In this document: positions 50,074-59,215 of the stretch, one piece after another
How positions within the stretch are numbered: position 1 is the stretch's first letter
Layout: every line of letters begins with the position of its first letter
NCBI GenBank assembly: GCA_963695555.1
Contig: CAVOGR010000007.1
Location: 1 to 64,000 of the forward strand
DNA: 64,000 nucleotides
Source: an uncultured Gemmatimonadales bacterium
GTDB taxonomy: Bacteria > Gemmatimonadota > Gemmatimonadetes > Gemmatimonadales > GWC2-71-9
Direction: 5' to 3'
Position numbers and translations under genes: made by a program
The notes under the pieces: model-generated
Told to the model about the DNA's origin: nothing
Seen by the model: only the letters and a program-made list of their open reading frames with translations
Databases searched by the model: none

Positions 50074-53000
50074 CTTCTCCGAGCACAAGCACATCTCCGC
50101 CCAGGAGGAACTCCTCCAGGTGGTCCGCACGGTGCGGAACCGTTGGCGCCTCAGAGTGTTTCTTCGCGGCGCAGCCATCCTGTTGCTTGTCAGCGTGGGC
50201 ATGTTGCTCCTGGCAACCTACGGCATCGATCGGTTTCGGTTCGATGACACCGCCGTTCTGATGTTTCGGATATTGCTGTACGGGGTGATTGGTGGTGTGG
50301 CCATCTGGTACGTCATTAAGCCCCAGCTCAGAGACGTGTCGGATGAGCGAGTCGCACTGTACCTCGAGGAGCACGAGCCTTCGCTCGACGGCCAGGTCCT
50401 GAGCGCGGTCGAGTTCGGCCGACCGCACGAACCCGGTGCTCCGCAGACCGGCTCCACCGTCTTGATCGAACAGGTGATCGAGTCCGCCGTCGACCGCTGC
50501 CGTGAGATCGATGATGGCAAGCGAGTCGACCGACCCGCGCTCCGTCACTCGACCGGGGTCGTGGCGGGGTCCACGGCCTTTGGTGCGCTGCTCCTCTTGC
50601 TCGGACCCGCCTTCCTCCACAATGGCGCCCCCCTCCTCCTCATGCCCTGGCGGGCACTCGGCATCAACCCGTACCGCATCGTGGTCGAGCCCGGGAGCGT
50701 GACCGTGCCGCGGGGATCGGACCTCACCGTGTCGGCTCAGTTGAGGAATTTCGACGCCGACGAGGTCGACCTCGTGGTCAAGTCCGCCGAGGCAACACAA
50801 TGGGATCGCTGGCCGATGACCCTCGAAGATTCCGCGACGGGGTATTCGGTCATGGTGTTCGACCTGTCGGAGCCACGGGAGTATTTCGTGGAGGCCAGCG
50901 GCGTCCGGTCACCGGTGTTCCGCGTCGACGTGGTCGATTTGCCGTACGTGAAGGACATCGCCGTGGAGTACCACTTCCCCGGATATACCGGACTACCGCC
51001 ACAAACCCAGGAGGGCTCCGGCGATATCATCGCCCTGAAGGGCACCCGCGCCATGCTTCACATCACGTCGACGCTCGAGGTGAACGCCGGGGTGCTCATC
51101 GTCGAACCGGGCGACACTGTCCCGTTGACGATCGAAGCGGATGGCACGCTCACCGGAGACGTAACGGTTCGGGAGGAAGGAACGTACCGGGTCTTGCTCG
51201 AGAGCGCGCAGGGCGACCTGGTGGTCGCTTCGCCTGACTATCTCATCGACCCGTTGTCCGACCAGCCACCCAGCGTGTCGTTCGCCAAGCCAGGCCGGGA
51301 CATCTCCGTGTCGAGCCTCGAAGAGGTCTCGACCGAGGTGCACGCGCAGGACGACTACGGCGTCGCAACGGTGGACCTCGTCTATGCCGTGAACGGCGGC
51401 GAGGAGCAGACGCTCTCGCTCTGGTCGGGGAAGCGATCGCTGAAGGAAGTCTCGGCGGGTCATACGTTCTTCCTGGAGGAGTTGGAGCTCGAGCCCGGCG
51501 ATTTCATCTCCTATTACGCAAAAGCATCGGACGGACGTCGTGGTGCCTCGAGGCAGGAGGCCGTCACCGACATCTACTTCATGGAGATTCGGCCCTTCGA
51601 CCAGAGCTTCCGGCAGGCCGATCAGCAGCCCGGCCAGGGCATGAGCTCGGTCGGTGGGGAGCTGTCGGAGCGGCAACGCCAGATCATCGCCGCGACCTTC
51701 CGCATCGTGCGCGACAGCCTCCGCTACAATGACAAGGAGTTCCGGGAGCACATGTCCACCGTGACGCTGTCGCAGGGGCGGCTGCGAGAAGAGGTGACCA
51801 CCTTGGTCGAGCGGATGCGTACCCGCGGCGTCGTGGGCATGGACTCGACTTTCGCCCTCGTCGCGGAGGCGCTGCCAAAGGCCGTCGAAGAAATGGAGGC
51901 CGCCGAGGCGGAGCTGGGCCAGCGGCAGCCGAAAGCGGCCCTCCCGCCCGAGCAGCGGGCCCTGCAGCAGCTGCAGCGTGCCGAGGCCGCGTATCGCGAA
52001 GTCCAGGTCGGAATTGCCCAGGGTGGCGGTGCTCCCGGGCAGGACGGGGAAATCAGCGAGGAGCTCGCGGACCTGTTCGAACTCGAGCTCGATCGCATGC
52101 GCAACCAGTACGAGCAGGTGCAACGCGGCAACCAGCAGGCAGCGGACCAGACCATCGACGACACGTTGGAGAAGCTGAAAGAGTTGGCCCGGCGGCAGCA
52201 GCAGGAAAATGAACGGCTTCGCGCTCGAGCTCAGGCCGGTCAAACACCCCCGTCCGGCGGCAGCGGCGGTGGGCAACGGCGCCTGGCGGATGAAGTGGAG
52301 CAAGAGGCTCGCCGGCTCGAGCAGCTGGCCCGTGAGCAATCGATGCCAGACCTCGCGGAAACTGCCCGAGGGTTGCGTGAGGCCGCCGAGGCCATGCGAC
52401 GGGCCGCCTCCGCACGGGGTTCCAACGGAGCGGCACAGGGATCGTCCGCCCTCGAGGAGCTCAGAGAGGCGCGGCGTCGGCTCGAGCGGACCCGTGAGGG
52501 GCGCCTTACCAGGGACATCGAGGATGCCCGCCAACGTGCCGAACGGCTGCTGGAGCAGGAGCGGCGGATGATGCAGGAACTCGAGCGGCTCGACCCCACC
52601 AATCCTGGTGCAGGCGAGCGACTCCGGCAAATGGTCGACCGCAAGGGCGCGATGGCAGCGGAGCTGGGCGACCTGGAGGAACAACTCGACCAGGCGGCAC
52701 GCGATGCACGTCGCGACCAAACCGAAGCGTCACGCCGCCTCGGTGAAGCCGCGGGATCGATCCGCGACAACCAGCTCAAGGAGAAGCTGTTGTACTCTCG
52801 CGGCGTCATCCAGGGTCGATCCCAGGACTACGCTCGCAACTTCGAAGAACAAATCCGAGCGGACTTGGAAGACCTCCGCGACAAGATCGACGAGGCGGCC
52901 GGCGCCCTCGGCCCCTCACGCGAGCGGAACATGGAGGAGGCCCTCGACCGTGCCCGCGCCGCCGTGACCGGGCTCAAGTCCCTGGGTGAACGCATGGAAC

Positions 53001-53554
53001 AGGGAGCCGACTCGGCCGGGGTGTCGCAGCCGGGACAGGAGGGAAGCCCAGCGCGTCGACTCGAGCCCGGACAAGAGGCGGCCGGGCAAGAAGCTCGAGA
53101 GGGTGAGCCAGGCCAAGAGTCGCCCGAGGGCCAAGCAAGCGCGGCGGGACGGCCGGGCGGCCAACCAGGCCAGCCGCGCGGCATGGCCCAACCAGGGCAG
53201 TTCTCTCCTGAGGACGTACGCCAGTGGCGCCGGGAAGCCGACCAGCGCCGGCGCGAGCTTCAGGACCTCCGCAACCAGTTGCGTCAAGAGGGCATCGACA
53301 CCGGCGAGCTGGACCGGGTGCTCTCGGGCATGCGCGACCTCGGGATGAGCGACACCTACGAGGACACTCGATCAGCCATCCGCCTCCAACGCGAGCTGTT
53401 GCAGAGTCTCAAAGAGTTCGAGTACGGCCTCCGCCGCGCATTGACAGCACCGGACGCGGACCAGCTCGAGCAGGTGGGGAGCGACAAGGTGCCGCCGGAA
53501 TATCGGGACTTGGTGGAGGAGTACTACCGGGCGCTTGCGGGGGGGAGACGATAG
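50066..53554 (+). CDS. Large membrane-anchored Ig-like/coiled-coil protein (DUF4175-like)
   Basis: 3 N-terminal TMs, beta-rich region (DQPPSVSF, AQDDYGV), long Q/E/R coiled coils, PGQ-rich linker, C-terminus VPPEYRDLVEEYYRAL. Confidence 0.82.
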   Translation: MASFSEHKHISAQEELLQVVRTVRNRWRLRVFLRGAAILLLVSVGMLLLATYGIDRFRFDDTAVLMFRILLYGVIGGVAIWYVIKPQLRDVSDERVALYLEEHEPSLDGQVLSAVEFGRPHEPGAPQTGSTVLIEQVIESAVDRCREIDDGKRVDRPALRHSTGVVAGSTAFGALLLLLGPAFLHNGAPLLLMPWRALGINPYRIVVEPGSVTVPRGSDLTVSAQLRNFDADEVDLVVKSAEATQWDRWPMTLEDSATGYSVMVFDLSEPREYFVEASGVRSPVFRVDVVDLPYVKDIAVEYHFPGYTGLPPQTQEGSGDIIALKGTRAMLHITSTLEVNAGVLIVEPGDTVPLTIEADGTLTGDVTVREEGTYRVLLESAQGDLVVASPDYLIDPLSDQPPSVSFAKPGRDISVSSLEEVSTEVHAQDDYGVATVDLVYAVNGGEEQTLSLWSGKRSLKEVSAGHTFFLEELELEPGDFISYYAKASDGRRGASRQEAVTDIYFMEIRPFDQSFRQADQQPGQGMSSVGGELSERQRQIIAATFRIVRDSLRYNDKEFREHMSTVTLSQGRLREEVTTLVERMRTRGVVGMDSTFALVAEALPKAVEEMEAAEAELGQRQPKAALPPEQRALQQLQRAEAAYREVQVGIAQGGGAPGQDGEISEELADLFELELDRMRNQYEQVQRGNQQAADQTIDDTLEKLKELARRQQQENERLRARAQAGQTPPSGGSGGGQRRLADEVEQEARRLEQLAREQSMPDLAETARGLREAAEAMRRAASARGSNGAAQGSSALEELREARRRLERTREGRLTRDIEDARQRAERLLEQERRMMQELERLDPTNPGAGERLRQMVDRKGAMAAELGDLEEQLDQAARDARRDQTEASRRLGEAAGSIRDNQLKEKLLYSRGVIQGRSQDYARNFEEQIRADLEDLRDKIDEAAGALGPSRERNMEEALDRARAAVTGLKSLGERMEQGADSAGVSQPGQEGSPARRLEPGQEAAGQEAREGEPGQESPEGQASAAGRPGGQPGQPRGMAQPGQFSPEDVRQWRREADQRRRELQDLRNQLRQEGIDTGELDRVLSGMRDLGMSDTYEDTRSAIRLQRELLQSLKEFEYGLRRALTAPDADQLEQVGSDKVPPEYRDLVEEYYRALAGGRR

Positions 53555-53619
53555 AAGCAGGAAGAAGGAAGTAGGAGGTAAGCCGTTTGTATTCCTCACT
53601 CCTTACTCCTTACTCCTCA
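53554..53619. repeat. Opposed heptamer tandem arrays between convergent genes (possible terminator/REP-like element)
   Basis: GAAGCAG GAAGAAG GAAGTAG GAGGTAA (53554-53581), a 10-nt spacer, then TTCCTCA CTCCTTA CTCCTTA CTCCTCA (53592-53619). Confidence 0.6.
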
Positions 53620-54225
53620 CTCTTCCGTTGAGTCGGCGCAGTAGCGTTCCTGCTGCCGGCACAGAATGACTCGCACCTGGTCCAGGTCGATTTCCTCCCA
53701 CTGCATGTCGCCATTCATGACTCCGTCGACCGCGCCGGCAACCGCGCCGGTGGCCGCGCCGGCTCCCGCTCCCCTGACCACGTTTCCACCGACATCAGTG
53801 TCGCGATTGTCAAAGAAGTCAAACGCCTCGGAGAGGAGGCTCCCTGCCAAGCCAAAAACTGCGCCTCCGACAGCCCCCAAACCCGCTCCCTTCGCCGCTT
53901 TCTTGGCCACCCCGGCACCGGTCCGTTTGTTCCCTCGATAGAGCTCGATCTTGGTGAGTGAACCGGTGGGCACTTCCAAGTGGTATCCGCGGCCCTTGGG
54001 CCCCATGGCGTGGAGCACCAGGGTGTCCCCCTCGAGCCCGATCAGATAGCCCTCGTGCTTGCCTTGGCTTGCCCTGCAGTCGTAGGTGGCGCAGCGAGTG
54101 ATCCGGAGCCATTGACCGAGGGCCGGCGCCGTCGGCGCCGGGCTGCCCGGAGACACCACGAAGGAACCGCATGCGGCGGTGAGAACCAGACCGGCCAGCG
54201 CTGCGAGGTGGTGAACGCGTGTCAT
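53617..54225 (-). CDS. Hypothetical lipoprotein with glycine-zipper motifs
   Basis: Lipobox LTAAC; GAGLGAVGGAVFG and GAGAGAATGAVAG; GGAGG upstream of ATG 54225. Confidence 0.7.
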   Translation of the reverse strand: MTRVHHLAALAGLVLTAACGSFVVSPGSPAPTAPALGQWLRITRCATYDCRASQGKHEGYLIGLEGDTLVLHAMGPKGRGYHLEVPTGSLTKIELYRGNKRTGAGVAKKAAKGAGLGAVGGAVFGLAGSLLSEAFDFFDNRDTDVGGNVVRGAGAGAATGAVAGAVDGVMNGDMQWEEIDLDQVRVILCRQQERYCADSTEE

Positions 54226-54291
54226 GGTGCCCTCCCTTGAGTCCACCCGAACGCTAGGGACGGGTGGTCAAGCGAGGGTCAAGTCGGCCAA

Positions 54292-56370
54292 TCAGGGCCC
54301 GCGGGCAGCCTCCACCAGCTTCCGTACTCCCTCGACGACCATGAGCTCCACTTCGGCCACGGGCTGCGAGGCACGCTCGAGCGTCGCCAGCCGCTGCGTG
54401 TGATCCCCGGTCGTGTCGCTCCCCTCAATTCCAGCCATGGCTTGGAGTCCGGTGGCACCCAGTTCTGCCAGGGTCCGAGAAAGGGGCTCGACCTCGCCGA
54501 GGTCGGGAGATCGTTCGATGACCGGAGCCAGGCGGCCGTCGTTGTCCCGCCAGGTGGTCAGCCACGCCCGCACGTCATCACGGCGGGCATGATGCGATGA
54601 GTCCGCCAGGAATTCATCCACGGCGCGATTGAAATGCCGAGCGACGTCGCTTTCTGGGCGGGCCGCATCGACCAGGCGCGTGAGCGGAGTAGCACTCGTG
54701 TAGTCCCGGTTCCGGTGCCGCTGGTAGTCCTTGATCGGCTCCACCACATCGGCCAGGACCTGGAGTGGCTCGATGGGCCCGCCGCCGGTGAGCCGCTCGA
54801 GCATGACCGGGTAACTGCTCCGATGGGTGACACCCACCGACTCGAGCCATACGCTCACGGCCTCGAGCCGCCGATACATGTCGTCGGCGTCGGTCACCGT
54901 CCCGGGCGACCACAAGCGCTCGGCGATTGCAGCGGCGCGCGGCCAGATCCGCGAGTCGATGTTCTCGGCGGTCACGAACTCGGCCCACATGCAGGCTTCG
55001 CCCCCGAGGACCCGGGCCTGCTGCTCAGGCGGGAGAGAGACGGCCGCCGTTCCCAGCGGATCCACGGCGTAATGCTGGCCGGCGGGCTGGATCAGGTCGA
55101 GATAGTAGCCCCGGGAAAGTATGACGTCGTATCCCAGACGGACCGCCTCGACCAGCGATTCCTCGCCGCGCCACGACTGGATCACGATGTCTTTCGGGAA
55201 GCCGGGCGCACGAATCTCCTCCCATCCCACCATCCGCTTACCATGCTTCGTGAGGATGTCGTACAGCCGCCGGTTGAAGTAGGCCTGGAGCGCGTGGTTG
55301 TCCTCGAGATCGTTCCGGCGCATGAAGTCCTGAATACGGCGACTCCGTTGCCAGTGCTTGCCGGTAACCTCGTCCCCGCCGATGTGCCAGAACGGGTCAG
55401 GAAACAGGGGAGCAATCTCGCCGATGAATCCGTCCAGGAGATCGTACACTTCCTCCTTGCTCGGATCCATCGTCGGATCGAACACGCCGAAATGGCGCTC
55501 GATCTGGTACGGGCCCGTTGCGCTGGCAAGCTCGGGGTGTCCGACGAACCAGCTCGTGGTGTGGCCTGGTATGTCGAACTCGGGAATGACGCGGATGCCC
55601 CTGTCGGCCGCATAGGCCACGATGTCGCGAACTTGATCCTGGGTGTAGAACAACCCGTCGGAGCCCATCTCGTGTAATTTGGGGAAGCGTCTGCTCTCAA
55701 TACGGAAGCCTTGATCTTCAGACAGATGCCAATGGAGCACGTTCAGCTTGACCGCCGCCATCGCGTCCAAGTTCCGCTCGATCACCTCAACCGGCATCCA
55801 GTGCCGGCTCACGTCAATGAGAAGGCCGCGCCACGGAAACCGGGGCGCGTCACGGATGGTCACCGAACGCACCACGGGGCCATCGGACCCCGGCTCAACC
55901 AGCTGGAGAAACGTCTCGATTCCGCGTAGCGCGCCGGACGGGGTGGCGGCCGAAAGACGGGCCTTGGTCGGGCTCACTTCCAGCGCATAACTCTCGTCCT
56001 CGACGACGCCGGGGATAGGCCCCGAAGGGGCCTGGACATGAATCTCCAGCACCGCGTCGGTTGGGGTGCCACCAGTACCTCTCGTGAACTGGATCCCAGT
56101 CTGTTTCGAGAGTCGATCGACGAGACGTGCCGCGGCACGGTCGAGGCGTGGCTCGGTGTAGCCCAGCAGCGCCACCGTGAACGACGAATCGACTGGGAGG
56201 CTTCCCTCGCCGAAGGACACCTCGGCCGGGACCGGCATCAGCGTATGGGGGCTCATGGAATCGGTGGGCTCCGATGACGCGACCGTGCAACCCACGCCAG
56301 CGGATGCGACACTCATCAAGGTGAGAAGGGAAACGCTGTGTCGGATCGATCGCGTTCGGGCCATCATCAC
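54292..56370 (-). CDS. Beta-N-acetylhexosaminidase (GH20)
   Basis: DAPRFPWRGLLIDVSRH, LHWHLSEDQG, PEFDIPGH, HIGGDE, GGEACMWAE, IWPRAAAIAERLWS. Confidence 0.95.
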   Translation of the reverse strand: MMMARTRSIRHSVSLLTLMSVASAGVGCTVASSEPTDSMSPHTLMPVPAEVSFGEGSLPVDSSFTVALLGYTEPRLDRAAARLVDRLSKQTGIQFTRGTGGTPTDAVLEIHVQAPSGPIPGVVEDESYALEVSPTKARLSAATPSGALRGIETFLQLVEPGSDGPVVRSVTIRDAPRFPWRGLLIDVSRHWMPVEVIERNLDAMAAVKLNVLHWHLSEDQGFRIESRRFPKLHEMGSDGLFYTQDQVRDIVAYAADRGIRVIPEFDIPGHTTSWFVGHPELASATGPYQIERHFGVFDPTMDPSKEEVYDLLDGFIGEIAPLFPDPFWHIGGDEVTGKHWQRSRRIQDFMRRNDLEDNHALQAYFNRRLYDILTKHGKRMVGWEEIRAPGFPKDIVIQSWRGEESLVEAVRLGYDVILSRGYYLDLIQPAGQHYAVDPLGTAAVSLPPEQQARVLGGEACMWAEFVTAENIDSRIWPRAAAIAERLWSPGTVTDADDMYRRLEAVSVWLESVGVTHRSSYPVMLERLTGGGPIEPLQVLADVVEPIKDYQRHRNRDYTSATPLTRLVDAARPESDVARHFNRAVDEFLADSSHHARRDDVRAWLTTWRDNDGRLAPVIERSPDLGEVEPLSRTLAELGATGLQAMAGIEGSDTTGDHTQRLATLERASQPVAEVELMVVEGVRKLVEAARGP

Positions 56371-56423
56371 CTCCGGATTCTGTGACGCCGTCGAGCGCCC
56401 GACGCGTGACCGAGCCCTGGAGT

Positions 56424-57902
56424 CTACGGCAGGGCTGCCGCGACGCGGCTCACAGGCGAATCTGCCCGCCGGGTGCGGCCTGGGTGCCAGAGCAGCTCAC
56501 CATCGAGGTCGGTCGGTGCGGTGACGCCGAGCCACGCCAGCATGGATGGGAACAGGTCGGCGGTGCGAAGGCGCTCGGCCGGAAGTGGGTGGCTCGACCA
56601 CAGGGGGATCTGCATGTGCGCACGGTGCATGCTGCCGTGTCCCGCCTTGTGCTCCGGGATCTCATACCGCTGCCGGAAATCGAATCCTTCCTGCCCCACC
56701 ACCACCAAGTCGCCCGTGCGGGAAGACCTAAACTGGTCGAGGATCTGCACGGGGGCATCGGGAAACCGTGTGTCCCAGGTTTGTTCGAGCCACTCACGAT
56801 GCGTCAGCGTTCGAGTACCGCCGACCTCCAGTGGGTCGCCGGTCAGGGAATGATAGGAGATCGCCTCACCACGGGACCGAATCTCCGCCTCACCGACCGA
56901 CGACACGACGCGGACGCCGCCCTCTTCCGATTCACCGGCCACGAAGGCGACGGCGGGTTCGGAAACCAGTGCCTCGATGAGGTCCTGGGTGCTGCCGAAC
57001 GCGTCGGGGTGACGAAGCCGCTCGATCGGCCACCGGCCAGTGCGGGGCTCGGTGGGCCGCGCGTACACCATCGCGGACCCGTTTCCGGCGACCATGACCG
57101 CCGCCCGTGGTGCCCGCTGCCACATGATGGGATGCGACAGGGTTGGCACGCCTCGATGGCGGAACCACTCCGGTAGGTCCAGGTGGGTGTGTACCTCGGT
57201 CGCGCCATGATCGCTCACGACGAGGATCAGACTCTCTTCTAGTTCGCCCCGTGCCGCGAGGCGGTCCCGGAGGCGCCCGACCGCCACATCCACCCGCTCA
57301 AGGGCTCGAAGCACCTTGGGGGCGTCGGGGCTGCTCTGGTGAGTGTACCCATCGACTGCCGGAAACTGGGCGAAGAAGAACTTCCATGGCTGGTCCACGG
57401 CCTGAAGGAGGTGCCGAGCTACCACGTCATCCGACGGCTGGTTCCAGAAGAGATAGTGCCCGATGGCTGCCCAGTAGACGCGGGCGCGCCGGGCCGGATC
57501 CCGCTCCGGCGTGAGGCCGCGGGTGATCATGGTGAAGAAGGCGATGCTCTCGGGAGCCAATTCGAAGACGGTGCGGACCCGTGGGTCGATATCGGCGTCG
57601 AGCATGCTGGCCTGGTAGCCGCAGTAGCTCCGTACCGCGTTGCGGTTACGCCACCACTTGCCGTCGTACGCCGAGCGGTCGAGCCAACGGATCGACGGGA
57701 TGTTGCACCGTCCGGGAGTGCAACCAGTCAAGAAAGGCAGGTACGACACACTGGTGGTCGAGGGAAAGCAGGTGACGGCCCGCGTGATGCCTCCGCCGTT
57801 CCGGACCATGTCGGCCAGATGGGGCAGACGTCCATCCTGGAGCTGTCGTTCGGCCACGTCGGGCCGGAGGCCGTCGACCAAGAGCAGGAAGCACCGCCTC
57901 AC
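56424..57902 (-). CDS. Alkaline-phosphatase superfamily nucleotide pyrophosphatase/phosphodiesterase
   Basis: LLLVDGLRPD, TCFPSTT, VDGYTH, VVSDHG, GHGS; the GTG start overlaps the upstream stop (GTGA). Confidence 0.87.
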   Translation of the reverse strand: MRRCFLLLVDGLRPDVAERQLQDGRLPHLADMVRNGGGITRAVTCFPSTTSVSYLPFLTGCTPGRCNIPSIRWLDRSAYDGKWWRNRNAVRSYCGYQASMLDADIDPRVRTVFELAPESIAFFTMITRGLTPERDPARRARVYWAAIGHYLFWNQPSDDVVARHLLQAVDQPWKFFFAQFPAVDGYTHQSSPDAPKVLRALERVDVAVGRLRDRLAARGELEESLILVVSDHGATEVHTHLDLPEWFRHRGVPTLSHPIMWQRAPRAAVMVAGNGSAMVYARPTEPRTGRWPIERLRHPDAFGSTQDLIEALVSEPAVAFVAGESEEGGVRVVSSVGEAEIRSRGEAISYHSLTGDPLEVGGTRTLTHREWLEQTWDTRFPDAPVQILDQFRSSRTGDLVVVGQEGFDFRQRYEIPEHKAGHGSMHRAHMQIPLWSSHPLPAERLRTADLFPSMLAWLGVTAPTDLDGELLWHPGRTRRADSPVSRVAAALP

Positions 57903-58594
57903 GCGGCGGTCTCCTGGATCGCGTCTTCTCGTCCGACCTGACGGGCCGCACGAATCGCCGCCAGAAGCAGGATAAGGCTCCCCGCGACGATCCATATCCC
58001 GGGAATTGGGAAGGCCCACCCCACGGCTGCGAGTCCTGCGTACCGCGCACTGCGGCCGATGGCCACGGCGCCCTGGTACTTCCAGAGCGAGTAGCGGGCG
58101 AGCGTCGCAATCAGGCGCATGGGGTAATGCGGAATGATCGGAAGGGCGCACGTTGCGACCAGCGACAGGAACGGCGCTTTGGCGTAGAGCGCGAGGGTCC
58201 AGGTCGTCGCCTTGTGTTCCCGGAACCGCCTTGCCCCATCACGCGCCAGCAGGCGACTCAACAGTTCCATGTTCCACGCCTCGATGAGCATCGTCGCGAG
58301 CGTCCCGACCAGCACGACGAGCCACAGGGGGTAGAACTCCCCCAAGTAGATCACGGCCCCATCATACGGGATCATCGCGAGCGAGTTCCCCAGGAAGCTG
58401 AAGGGCACGAACCACCAGAGCTTGCTGTGCGCCGGAATCGCGTAGGTCGCGAGGGCGCAGAGGCCGGTCACCCCACCGAGAAGAAGTGGAAGGAGCCACG
58501 GCCCCCACGCCGGGGGGCGAGGTAGGGGTGCGGCGGGCTCGAACTCGTGAACGGGGGCGGAGGAGAACAGAGATGCATGTCGCGGAACGGCCAT
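57899..58594 (-). CDS. VTT/DedA (SNARE-associated-like) membrane protein
   Basis: Multiple TMs with re-entrant-like PYDG and ALPIIPHYPMR, GRSARY; AAGGAG ribosome-binding site. Confidence 0.7.
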   Translation of the reverse strand: MAVPRHASLFSSAPVHEFEPAAPLPRPPAWGPWLLPLLLGGVTGLCALATYAIPAHSKLWWFVPFSFLGNSLAMIPYDGAVIYLGEFYPLWLVVLVGTLATMLIEAWNMELLSRLLARDGARRFREHKATTWTLALYAKAPFLSLVATCALPIIPHYPMRLIATLARYSLWKYQGAVAIGRSARYAGLAAVGWAFPIPGIWIVAGSLILLLAAIRAARQVGREDAIQETAA

Positions 58595-58712
58595 GAAGCT
58601 CCTTTTCGCCGCATTGGACGGGCTTCCTGCGGGTCGAACTGCTACGACGTCATCCCTCGGCCGTGACCTCGGCCCCGTTGGGGCGGCCGCTGGACTCCAT
58701 TGTCACTTGGGG

Positions 58713-59153
58713 CTAATCGATTCCTATGTCTTCGTGCCAGAGATCCGGATGTTGGGCGATGAACTCTGCCATGAGACGGATGCAGGTCGGATCCTGAACG
58801 ACCATGACCTCGATCCCACGGGAACGGAGCAGGTCTTCCTCTCCCATGAAGCTCTGATTCTCGCCGATAATCACCCTCGGGATTCCATACAGAAGAATAG
58901 CACCACTACACATCGCACAGGGAGAGAGCGTGGTGTAGAGGGTACTGGCCCGGTAGACGGCCGCCGGTTGCCTCCCGGCCCGCTCCAGGGCGTCCATCTC
59001 GCCGTGGAGCACCACACTGCCCTGCTGGATGCGGCGATTATGCCCGCGAGCCAGGATCGCACCCTGGTGCACCAGGACCGACCCGATCGGGATGCCGCCC
59101 TCATCCCGCCCGCACCTGGCCTCGTCGATCGCTGCATCCAAGTAGGCGTCCAT
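58713..59153 (-). CDS. Cytosine/nucleoside deaminase (yeast Fcy1-like)
   Basis: EGGIPIGSVL, LHGE, TLSPCAMC, WHEDIG. Confidence 0.92.
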   Translation of the reverse strand: MDAYLDAAIDEARCGRDEGGIPIGSVLVHQGAILARGHNRRIQQGSVVLHGEMDALERAGRQPAAVYRASTLYTTLSPCAMCSGAILLYGIPRVIIGENQSFMGEEDLLRSRGIEVMVVQDPTCIRLMAEFIAQHPDLWHEDIGID

Positions 59154-59215
59154 ACCACGTCGCTCCCAGGCCCGGATCCTTGCCGCTCTCACCCCGGGGT
59201 GGCATCTTTTCTACC

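Noticed and set aside
50993..52720. 575-aa minus-strand ORF, and similar long antisense ORFs (33240..34775, 39278..40771, 42489..43838, 62572..63963)
   Set aside because: They lie opposite well-supported genes and have the composition of reverse-frame shadows.
53020..53200. PGQ-rich repeats as a DNA repeat array
   Set aside because: A degenerate low-complexity protein linker inside the large CDS.
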